Of a DNA stretch of 64,000 bases, positions 44,882 to 53,198 are shown piece after piece. This stretch comes from an uncultured Mycoplasmatota bacterium (GTDB lineage: Bacteria; Bacillota_I; Bacilli_A; RF39; UBA660): NCBI GenBank assembly GCA_946497925.1, contig CAMMMG010000002.1, positions 398 to 64,397 on the forward strand, read 5' to 3'. The notes beneath the pieces are model-generated. The model searched no databases, was not told where the DNA came from, and saw only the letters and a list, made by a program, of their open reading frames with translations. Numbering within the stretch: position 1 is the first letter of the stretch; each line of letters opens with the position of its first letter. Both the position numbers and the translations under genes were made by a program.

Positions 44882-46192
44882 TTATTCAATATTTTCTAAT
44901 GCTTTTGTAAAATTTTCAATCAAATGAGATACAGTAGCACATCCCATAAAGGCAACTACTCCATCTTTATCTTTTACTACTTTATTAACAGTATCATCAT
45001 CTACTAATTCACTACCCGGTATAAGTTCTATTATATCTTCTGATTTAATAGGTGGAAAGTCTTTTTGATTTTCCCTATCACATTTAATTGGTGTTAAATA
45101 AACTTTATCTGCTATAGATAGAGCCTCTGCAAATTCATTTTTAAAGTGTGATGTTCTAGAATAAGTATTAGGACGAAAGACAACAGTTAATTTTCTATCA
45201 GGATACTTTTGTCTAATCGCTTCAAGAGTTACTTTAATCTCAGTTGGATGGTGAGCATAGTCATCTACTATAATTGTATTACCAATAATAGTCTCTGCAA
45301 AACGACGGTCAGCATTTTTAAAACTTGGTAATAACTCTTTTATTTTTTCTTTACTAACGCCTTCATCTAAAGCACAGATTATCGCACCTACTGTATTCAT
45401 AACCATATGATGTCCATATAAAGGAACTGTAAAGTTATCTATGAACTCATCTTTTTTATATAAATCAAAACTTGAACCAGAAGTCTCTAATTTTATATTT
45501 TTGATAATATGGTCATTAGATTCATCTTCTCCATAAAAGATTACTTCATTATTAAAGTTAATCTTTCTAATGTTTTCATCATCCCCATTTGCAATAACCT
45601 TTCTAGCTTTATTGGCAAACTTTTCAAAAGTTTTTATAGTATCTTCTAAATCTTTATAGATTTCTGTATGTTCAAGTTCAATACAAGTAATGATAGCAGT
45701 TGTGGGATGATAGGCAAGAAAGTGACGATTAAATTCATCTGATTCTATTACTAATAATTTATTTTTCATATCAATATGACCTGTTCCATCACCTATAAAG
45801 TAATTACAACCCATAGTATCTATAAATAAATGTTTCAAAAGAGATGTTGTTGTAGTCTTTCCATGCGTACCACTAACAGAAATAGTATTAAATTCTTTAG
45901 TTATCTCCCCTACTACTTCATTATAGGGTTTAAAAGTAAGACCTAACTCCTTTATCCTTTTAATTTCAGGATGTTCATCACTAAAAGCACGAGATGCAGT
46001 TACAATAGTATCTTTATCTATTTTATGATTACCATCATAAAAGATTTTTATACCTCTTTCTTCTAATCCTTTTTGTGTAAATTTATAATCTTTCGCATCA
46101 TCATAACCTGATACCTCATTACCCATATCATATAGCATCTGAGCAAGAGTACTCATTCCACTTCCTTTAATTCCAATACAATAATATTTCAT
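44882..46192 (-). CDS. murC: UDP-N-acetylmuramate--L-alanine ligase
   Basis: YCIGIKGSGMSTLAQ, VSGTHGKTTTTSL, DDYAHHPTEI. Confidence 0.95.
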   Translation of the reverse strand: MKYYCIGIKGSGMSTLAQMLYDMGNEVSGYDDAKDYKFTQKGLEERGIKIFYDGNHKIDKDTIVTASRAFSDEHPEIKRIKELGLTFKPYNEVVGEITKEFNTISVSGTHGKTTTTSLLKHLFIDTMGCNYFIGDGTGHIDMKNKLLVIESDEFNRHFLAYHPTTAIITCIELEHTEIYKDLEDTIKTFEKFANKARKVIANGDDENIRKINFNNEVIFYGEDESNDHIIKNIKLETSGSSFDLYKKDEFIDNFTVPLYGHHMVMNTVGAIICALDEGVSKEKIKELLPSFKNADRRFAETIIGNTIIVDDYAHHPTEIKVTLEAIRQKYPDRKLTVVFRPNTYSRTSHFKNEFAEALSIADKVYLTPIKCDRENQKDFPPIKSEDIIELIPGSELVDDDTVNKVVKDKDGVVAFMGCATVSHLIENFTKALENIE

Positions 46193-46215
46193 AAGACTTC
46201 CTTCTTTCTTTATTC

Positions 46216-46244
46216 ATTATACCTTATGTTACATAGATTTTCAA
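46216..46244 (-). promoter_or_regulatory. murC promoter TTGAAA-17-TATAAT
   Basis: Read on the minus strand, ~25 nt upstream of the murC SD. Confidence 0.5.
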
Positions 46245-46246
46245 AT

Positions 46247-46432
46247 ATACTTGAAATTACTATATATTTATGATACTATGAATATGTAAAAGAAATTTAC
46301 ATAATATAAAAAAGATGAATACCTAGTTTGCGATTTGGGTGTTACCTCAAATATATTTTGGTGTAAACATCCTAATTACAATACTGTAATAGGGTGTCTT
46401 CTATCTAAAAATAATCAAGAGTATGATAATTA
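46247..46432 (+). repeat. Promoter-leader module, left copy (186 nt, with a ~56-nt internal extra segment)
   Basis: It shares with 47950-48080 the string atacTTGAAAttactatatatttatgaTACTATgaatATGTAAA..TTTACAT...GGGTGTTACCTC...AAAAATAAT.AAGAGTAT.ATAATTA. Confidence 0.75.
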
Positions 46433-46435
46433 AAG

Positions 46436-46458
46436 AACTTGACACTATTTGCCAAGTT
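46436..46458 (-). terminator. Recurrent hairpin, copy C (downstream of the AlbA_2 gene)
   Basis: The minus strand reads AACTTGGC-AAATAGT-GTCAAGTT followed by CTTTAATT (weak U-run). Confidence 0.45.
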
Positions 46459-46464
46459 TTTTAA

Positions 46465-47766
46465 TTATATTTTAATATATTTAGTATTTGGTCCTTTACC
46501 TATCTTTTTAATTATTTTATCACTTATCATTTTGCTAAGAACATTAGAAGTTGTAGTTTTTTCTTTATTTAGTAGTCTTTCTGCTTGCTTTCTTGTTATT
46601 TCACCATTTTTATCAAGATAATCAATTATTATTTTATAATCATCTTTTGCAGGTATTTTATCAATAGTAATTCTTGGAAGTCTCACTACAAATGAAGAAG
46701 GTAATGCTTTTACAAGAAAATCCAAATTTTTACTTTTATAATAAGAATTAACTCTTCTAAGTCCACTACCAATCGCTTCTACACGTTTTAATCGCATAAA
46801 TATTGATTGTAAATGAGGATTTCTTGAAGTAGATAATCCTGCTAGTATATCTTCTATTGTAATATTTCCATATAATGAACCATAACTAATAAATTCAATA
46901 CTATCATCTTTATATATATTAATAATATTAGAAGTTAATAGCGAGTAATCACGATGTATTAATGAATTAAGTATAATTTCTCGTAAAATAAATTCAGGAT
47001 ATTCCTCTATATCTTCTCTTATACTACTATCTATTAGTCCATATGTTGCAGAATTAATTTTTAAATAAGATAGAGTCTTGTCATATACTTCTAAAAGCGA
47101 TCCTCCAAATTCTTTTCTATCTAAGAAGTTAGTTTTGTTAACTGATTGATATGTTGCAACTTTAACTGTATAAGGACTCTGATCAGACAATAATAAAGCT
47201 AAGTTTGTATAATTACCATTATTATCAAGCATAAATAAATTTTTCATAATATTTTTATTATTAATATCTATATTTATTCCCATAAAAGCTTCACGAATAT
47301 AATTAAAAGTTAAATTCTGATTATTTGCAACTGAGGTTTCAAATGTTATATTACTATTTTTAATAATCATTTGTTTAACTGTCTCTTCTGTAGCAGGCAT
47401 TGAACAAGAACCATTTCTTATATAAGTTCCTTTAATAATACCTTTATCTTTTAATGAATATATATTAACACCTTTACTTACGTTTATTATAATATAGTCT
47501 TTATTATCTAAAGTAGCGTTATTTATAGATACAAACACTGAACAATCAGGTACTATTTTTCCTCTAATACCATTTGATATTTTTTCTTCTGTTTCCTTAA
47601 CATTTTCTAAACCAATTAATTCTCCATTATCATTATAACCAATATATATAGTTCCACTACCAGAATTTAGGAAAGCAACTATTTCTTTATATATATTTTC
47701 TGTATATAGTTCTTTAAATTCTATATTTTCATTTTCTTGCATCTTTATCACCGTCCTTATATACAT
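46465..47766 (-). CDS. AlbA_2 (Schlafen-like) + HATPase_c_4 + C-terminal HTH putative DNA-binding regulator (RecG-like annotation family)
   Basis: ENENIEFKELY...AFLNSGSGTIYIGYNDNGELIGL, NSLIHRDYS, SRNPHLQSIFMRLKRVEAIGSGLRRV. The C-terminus is winged-helix-like. Confidence 0.7.
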   Translation of the reverse strand: MYIRTVIKMQENENIEFKELYTENIYKEIVAFLNSGSGTIYIGYNDNGELIGLENVKETEEKISNGIRGKIVPDCSVFVSINNATLDNKDYIIINVSKGVNIYSLKDKGIIKGTYIRNGSCSMPATEETVKQMIIKNSNITFETSVANNQNLTFNYIREAFMGINIDINNKNIMKNLFMLDNNGNYTNLALLLSDQSPYTVKVATYQSVNKTNFLDRKEFGGSLLEVYDKTLSYLKINSATYGLIDSSIREDIEEYPEFILREIILNSLIHRDYSLLTSNIINIYKDDSIEFISYGSLYGNITIEDILAGLSTSRNPHLQSIFMRLKRVEAIGSGLRRVNSYYKSKNLDFLVKALPSSFVVRLPRITIDKIPAKDDYKIIIDYLDKNGEITRKQAERLLNKEKTTTSNVLSKMISDKIIKKIGKGPNTKYIKI

Positions 47767-47797
47767 TATACAATACTTTTTTAATTTTGTAAGAAAA

Positions 47798-47835
47798 ATC
47801 GTTCAACAATCGTTCAATCGTTCAATAATCGTTCA
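47798..47835 (-). repeat. Four direct ATCGTTCA (minus strand TGAACGAT) repeats just upstream of the AlbA_2 gene promoter
   Basis: The copies are at 47798, 47809, 47817 and 47828 (spacing 11/8/11 nt). A -35/-10 (TTACAA-16-TATAAT) follows on the minus strand. Confidence 0.7.
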
Positions 47836-47848
47836 TTTTTGTATAAAT

Positions 47849-47946
47849 AACTTGACATTATTTGCCAACTTCCTCAAGCATCATTTGTTATTTTATCAAT
47901 ATCAAAAAAACAAATTAATTCCTTGTTTCCTTTAAAGATAATAATA
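47849..47946 (-). pseudogene. Relic of the 3' end of a toxN gene with its terminator hairpin (copy D)
   Basis: The ~98 nt align with 21663-21762 (cttgacattatttgccaa(g/c)tt(c)ttcaagcatcat...ttttatcaatatca...aacaaattaa(c/t)tccttgttt(c)ctttaaagataataa) but carry indels that break the frame. Confidence 0.7.
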
Positions 47947-47949
47947 TTG

Positions 47950-48080
47950 GATACTTGAAATTACTATATATTTATGATACTATGAATATGTAAATTTCTT
48001 TTACATATAAAAATGAGGAATACTTAGTTCTGTGTCGGGTGTTACCTCTAAAAATAATTAAGAGTATAATAATTATTATC
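47950..48080 (+). repeat. Promoter-leader module, right copy (131 nt) upstream of the radical-SAM gene
   Basis: -35 TTGAAA (47955-47960), 17-nt spacer, -10 TACTAT (47978-47983), hairpin 47988-48006, then a structured segment. See the left copy. Confidence 0.75.
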
Positions 48081-48172
48081 AATGATGAAATTAAGAAATC
48101 TTTCTTAAATTTCCTTTCACAATTCTTATAGAGTTGTGAAATTTTTATTCTATAAAGAGGTAGGTAATAACT

Positions 48173-49069
48173 ATGATAGATGTATATAAAAAATGTAATT
48201 TATGTCCAAGAAATTGTTTAATAGATAGAACTAAAACTTTAGGATATTGTAAAGCGACTGATAAAGTTAAAGTGGCAAGGAGTGCTCTACACCACTTTGA
48301 AGAACCTTCTATATCAGGTAACAATGGCAGCGGTACTATCTTTTTTAGTAATTGTAATTTAAAGTGTTGTTATTGTCAGAATAAAGAAATATCTACTGAT
48401 GGTTTTGGAAAAGAAATAACTATAGAAAGACTTTCTGAAATGATGTTAGAGTTAGAAGAAAAACATGCTAACAATATTAATTTAGTTACTCCTACTCACT
48501 ATGTTCCTAGTATTATAGAAGCGATTAAACTAGCAAGAAGTAAGGGATTATCTATTCCTATCATTTATAACACCAGTGGTTATGAAAGTGTAGAGACACT
48601 AAAACTATTAGAGGGTTATATTGATATTTATTTAACGGACTTTAAGTATTCTGACAATAAATTAGGTAAAGATTTATCAAAATGCCCTAACTATTTTGAA
48701 GTTGCTAGTAAAGCATTAGATGAAATGTATAGACAAACAGGTAAAAATAAATTTAATGATAATGGTCTAATGACTAAAGGTATTATTGTTAGATGTTTAG
48801 TCTTACCTACTAAGAGTGATGATGCTAAAAAAATAATAGATTACTTATATAAAAAATACCAAGATAATATCTATCTTAGTATTATGAATCAGTATACACC
48901 AGTTAACTTTATTAAAGATTATCCATATTTAAATAAAACTATTAGTGAAGATGAATATAATGATGTAATAGACTATGCAATAGATTTAGGTATTAAAAAT
49001 GCTTATATGCAAGAAGGTGGTACTTGTAGTGAATCATTTATACCTAGTTTTGATCTTGAAGGTGTTTAA
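48173..49069 (+). CDS. Radical SAM protein (PflX-like, pyruvate-formate-lyase-activase-related)
   Basis: CNLKCCYCQN (CxxxCxxC), 298 aa. Confidence 0.7.
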   Translation: MIDVYKKCNLCPRNCLIDRTKTLGYCKATDKVKVARSALHHFEEPSISGNNGSGTIFFSNCNLKCCYCQNKEISTDGFGKEITIERLSEMMLELEEKHANNINLVTPTHYVPSIIEAIKLARSKGLSIPIIYNTSGYESVETLKLLEGYIDIYLTDFKYSDNKLGKDLSKCPNYFEVASKALDEMYRQTGKNKFNDNGLMTKGIIVRCLVLPTKSDDAKKIIDYLYKKYQDNIYLSIMNQYTPVNFIKDYPYLNKTISEDEYNDVIDYAIDLGIKNAYMQEGGTCSESFIPSFDLEGV

Positions 49070-49664
49070 GACGTTCTACTTTAGAATAAATACAACCACA
49101 ATAGTCTTGTCTATATAGATTATAGATATGAGATAGTTCTATACTTCTTTTATAACCATTTTTCTTTTTAAAGTCTGCATATAAATAATTAATATTATAT
49201 TTTTTAGATAACTCTTCTCCTATTTCATTTAACCATTTACTATTCTTATAAGGGCTAATAGATAGAGTTGTTGTAAAGTAATCAAAGTTATATTCTTTGG
49301 CAATTCTTGCAGTCTCTTCTAATCTTAAGTTATAACACTTATAACATCTAATATCCCCTTCTTTTAAGTCTTCTAAGCCATGAGATATATCTAAAAACTT
49401 TTCTTTATCATAATTACAATCTAATAGTTTTATATCATAACCTACTAAGTTAATAAATTTTTCTAATTCTTCTTTTCTTTTAAGATATTCTTTATAATCA
49501 GTAATATTTGGATTATAAAAAAGAATAGTTATATTAAAGTATTTAGATATTTTCTCTAAGACTGATGATGAACATGGAGCACAACAAGCATGTAATAATA
49601 AAGAGGGCTTGCTATTTAAGTCTATATTATTTAATATATTTTCACATTCTAAGTTATAATTCAT
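49044..49664 (-). CDS. queH: Epoxyqueuosine reductase QueH (DUF208)
   Basis: LLLHACCAPCSS...CYKCYNLRLEETA...DYCGC. Confidence 0.85.
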   Translation of the reverse strand: MNYNLECENILNNIDLNSKPSLLLHACCAPCSSSVLEKISKYFNITILFYNPNITDYKEYLKRKEELEKFINLVGYDIKLLDCNYDKEKFLDISHGLEDLKEGDIRCYKCYNLRLEETARIAKEYNFDYFTTTLSISPYKNSKWLNEIGEELSKKYNINYLYADFKKKNGYKRSIELSHIYNLYRQDYCGCIYSKVERLKHLQDQN

Positions 49665-50982
49665 CTATATCACCTTTTATTAAAAATGTTGCATATAAAG
49701 GTATAGATTTAATATTAGTTTTAGGATCATATCCAAAATCTTTAGTACTTATTCTGATTGCATATTTTGGTTTATATTTCTCTATATATAATTTTAAACT
49801 TTTAGATTGAGTAGCATTTCCAGCCTTTACTTCTACTGGTATAATCCCATCTTTTGTATATAGAAGAAAATCAACTTCACTTGTATTATTACTTCTATAA
49901 TAATACAAATCAAATCCATTACATACTAACTGATTAGCAACAAAGTTTTCTGCTATTACATCTTTATATAGTGATATATTATCGTTTAAAATATCTTCTA
50001 TATTTAATTTTAAAATATTATTAAGTATACCTACATCACTTAAATATAATTTAAAAGTATCAACATCTACAAAGCCTTCAAGAGGTATTTCAGGAGTTTT
50101 AATAGCTTTACAACGCAAAACCATATTACTAGCTTCTAACCAATCAATAGCAGTAGCATATTCTCTCGCTCTAGCATCTTTAGATACATTAGAATATTGA
50201 AACTTATTAGAAATATTAGATAATTGAGATGGTAGGGAATCATATACTCTATTTATCCTTAAAGCTTCACTTTCATTAGTAACATATTTATCCATATCTT
50301 TAAAATATGAACTAACAATATCAGTTAAAATAGTTTTATCATATTTAATATAATCGCCATTAGTCTTAACCATATTATTAACACTTTCAGGCATACCACC
50401 TGTTATTAAATATATTCTATATAGATTTAAAGCTTTCTCATGAATCGGAGATGTTATTTGCTTATTATTTTTATAACAATCTTTAATAAGATCTATTAAC
50501 ATTTCTTGATTCATAGCAACTAAAAATTCTTCAAAGTCCATTGGATACATATTTAACATTTTTACTTTACCTACCGGAAAAGAAAATTTTGATCTTTTTA
50601 ATTTTACGCCCAAAAGACTTCCAGCACAAATTATTCTAACATTATTATGGTTTTCTTGGAAGTATTTAAGTTCTGAAATTAATTTTTCACTCTCTTGTAT
50701 CTCATCAATGAAAAGAATAGTATCTTCCTTTTCAAAATCAAAATCTAGTAATAGCTTTAATCTATTAAACTTTTCAATTGATGTTAAATTAGAATTATAT
50801 AACTCTATTACATTAGTATTTTCAAATAGATTAACATAAACATAATTACTATATTCATTTTTACAAAATTCATTTATTATGTAAGTCTTACCAGATTGTC
50901 TAACTCCAAGTATCATTAAAGGTTTTACATTATCATTATTATTTTCCCATTTTAATAATTCCTCATATATTTTTCTTTTCAT
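49654..50982 (-). CDS. AAA-family ATPase with C-terminal DUF4143 (restriction-endonuclease-like) domain
   Basis: Walker A GVRQSGKTY, Walker B ILFIDEIQ, C-terminal SEVDFLL...IPVEVK. It overlaps queH by 11 nt. Confidence 0.7.
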   Translation of the reverse strand: MKRKIYEELLKWENNNDNVKPLMILGVRQSGKTYIINEFCKNEYSNYVYVNLFENTNVIELYNSNLTSIEKFNRLKLLLDFDFEKEDTILFIDEIQESEKLISELKYFQENHNNVRIICAGSLLGVKLKRSKFSFPVGKVKMLNMYPMDFEEFLVAMNQEMLIDLIKDCYKNNKQITSPIHEKALNLYRIYLITGGMPESVNNMVKTNGDYIKYDKTILTDIVSSYFKDMDKYVTNESEALRINRVYDSLPSQLSNISNKFQYSNVSKDARAREYATAIDWLEASNMVLRCKAIKTPEIPLEGFVDVDTFKLYLSDVGILNNILKLNIEDILNDNISLYKDVIAENFVANQLVCNGFDLYYYRSNNTSEVDFLLYTKDGIIPVEVKAGNATQSKSLKLYIEKYKPKYAIRISTKDFGYDPKTNIKSIPLYATFLIKGDIDEL

Positions 50983-51102
50983 ACATAGTTCTCCTCTTAT
51001 AAGGATATAATATCATTAATTATTAAACATTTCAATCATTTTATCACGTTTTTTATAGGACTTTTTATGATGATTTACACGTTTTTCATAGGACTTTCAC
51101 TT

Positions 51103-52026
51103 TTATTTATCACATTTTATTAATCTTAAGCTCTTTTCTTTTTCATATATCTTATTATAATTCTCAGTAATATTTCGATAATTATCAAAGTTTTGAATAT
51201 AAAATTCCATAAATAAGTCTTGATTAGCTTCATATTTACTAATAGTAGCATTTGCAATATATATTAATTCATCAGCTTTTTCTCTAGAAATCGGTGGTAC
51301 TTTTCTATAATCTATGAACTCATCATTCCACAAACTATAATCATAACTATATAATGGAAAAACCAAATTATAATCATCAATTGAAGAAGCAAACCCGTTA
51401 GATGCACCAAATATTTTAAATTGAATTGAGGTTAAATCAAGAAAATAGTTATAATCATTTTCACTTATAAAATTAATTACATGATTAGGATTATTAGACA
51501 TATTCTTATGAATATTACTTAAAAAAAGTCTAATTTCATTTATATTATAGTCTATCTCATTAGCATCAACACTAACCATATTGTTTTCAATATTAAATCT
51601 ATCAAGTACTTTCTTAGTAAAAGCTGCAGTATGACGACAACAGCCAATACCAGTAAATATTTTTAAAGCAGCATGTAATGTTTTATCATCAGGAAACTCT
51701 TCAATATCTTTTAGACCTTTTTTATAAGAATATCTACATATTAAAGATAAATATCCTTCATGAATTAAAATAGCATTAAAAATAGATATCTCTATACCAG
51801 TTTTAAAATTAAAGGTATTAGCAAGAGATTCTATATTATCCAAAACTTTATCAAAATCTTTCTTTAATTCTTGATGTAGAAAATCATTTTCATAAGTAGA
51901 AATATATTTATGTAACTCTTTCTCTCTTTTTATTTCATCTTTTATTTTTTCCCATAGTTCTTTACATGCTTGCCATTCTTTCTTTTCACGTTCTATATAT
52001 TCTTTTATTTTATCATCTATAAACAT
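51103..52026 (-). CDS. Hypothetical protein with transglutaminase/papain-like Cys-His-Asp core
   Basis: TGIGCCRHTAAFTKKVL, then NHVINFISENDYNYFLDLTSIQF. The second block is shared with ORF 22496-22933. Confidence 0.35.
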   Translation of the reverse strand: MFIDDKIKEYIEREKKEWQACKELWEKIKDEIKREKELHKYISTYENDFLHQELKKDFDKVLDNIESLANTFNFKTGIEISIFNAILIHEGYLSLICRYSYKKGLKDIEEFPDDKTLHAALKIFTGIGCCRHTAAFTKKVLDRFNIENNMVSVDANEIDYNINEIRLFLSNIHKNMSNNPNHVINFISENDYNYFLDLTSIQFKIFGASNGFASSIDDYNLVFPLYSYDYSLWNDEFIDYRKVPPISREKADELIYIANATISKYEANQDLFMEFYIQNFDNYRNITENYNKIYEKEKSLRLIKCDK

Positions 52027-52136
52027 AACTATCCCCCTTAAGCGTGAGTATATTGTATCACTTTATAATAGTCATATCAATATCATAAATTTTCTTTTTT
52101 TAGCATATCTATTATTGAAAAGGAAACAGTGATACT

Positions 52137-52901
52137 ATGTCTAACTTTACTTATGCATTTATATTATCTACTCTAGCAGGACTTTCTACTTTAATTGGTT
52201 TTATTCCTCTACTTTTTAAGTTAAAGAATGAAAAAATCATCATCTTAGCATCCCTATCTTTTGCAAGTGGTGTAATGATATGTGTATCTCTTACTGATTT
52301 AATACCTGAATCTTTTAATTTATTAACTTCTATATTTAAAGGTTTCCCTGCTCTTTTATTTCTTTTAATATTTATATCTCTTGGAGTAATAATTTCTATG
52401 TTAATAGATAAGTTCTTACCTAGTAATGATAACAAATCTATCAGTAATAAAAAACTATATAGATTAGGTCTTGTTTCCATGCTTGCAATTATTATGCATA
52501 ATATTCCTGAAGGCGTTGCTACTTTTCTATCTAGTTCTACTAATAGAGGGTTGGGCCTATCTTTAGCTTTAGCCATTAGTTTTCATAATATCCCTGAAGG
52601 AATAAGTATTGCAATTCCCATTTATTTTAGTACTAAATCTAGGTTTAAAGCCTTTTTATATACTTTAATATCAGGCTTATCAGAACCATTAGGAGCGATA
52701 CTTGCTTATCTATTTCTATCTAATATTATTAATAACTTTATTATGAGTGTGATACTTGCTATGATAGCAGGTATAATGATACATATTAGTATTTATGAAC
52801 TGTTAAAAGAGTCTTTAAGCTATAAAAAAATAAGACATACCTTTATCTTCTTTAGTATAGGTTTTATATTTATGTTAATATCTCACTTTTTACTTGGGTA
52901 A
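52137..52901 (+). CDS. zupT: ZIP-family zinc transporter ZupT
   Basis: 8 TM helices with HNIPEGVA and HNIPEGISIA motifs. Confidence 0.85.
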   Translation: MSNFTYAFILSTLAGLSTLIGFIPLLFKLKNEKIIILASLSFASGVMICVSLTDLIPESFNLLTSIFKGFPALLFLLIFISLGVIISMLIDKFLPSNDNKSISNKKLYRLGLVSMLAIIMHNIPEGVATFLSSSTNRGLGLSLALAISFHNIPEGISIAIPIYFSTKSRFKAFLYTLISGLSEPLGAILAYLFLSNIINNFIMSVILAMIAGIMIHISIYELLKESLSYKKIRHTFIFFSIGFIFMLISHFLLG

Positions 52902-52952
52902 TTTTTTACTTATAATTGCTTAACATCAATTTTTATAGTACAATATTTTTAG

Positions 52953-53198
52953 GTGTTAAATATGAAGAGAATCTTAATTAGTTTAATTCGTCTTTATCAA
53001 AAGATGCCGTTAGCAAGTCATGGGGCTTGTCATTTTTATCCTACTTGTTCTAATTATACTATCGAAGCGATAGAAGAATATGGTTTGGTAAAGGGTTGTT
53101 TTATGGGTTTTAAAAGAATCTTAAGATGCCATCCTGGAGCGAGATATGGATATGACCCAGTTATTAGAGAGGAGAAAAAGAATGAAAAGAAGTGTTAA
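52953..53198 (+). CDS. yidD: Membrane protein insertion efficiency factor YidD
   Basis: LIRLYQK....CHFYPTCSNYTIEAIEEYG. Confidence 0.85.
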   Translation: MLNMKRILISLIRLYQKMPLASHGACHFYPTCSNYTIEAIEEYGLVKGCFMGFKRILRCHPGARYGYDPVIREEKKNEKKC

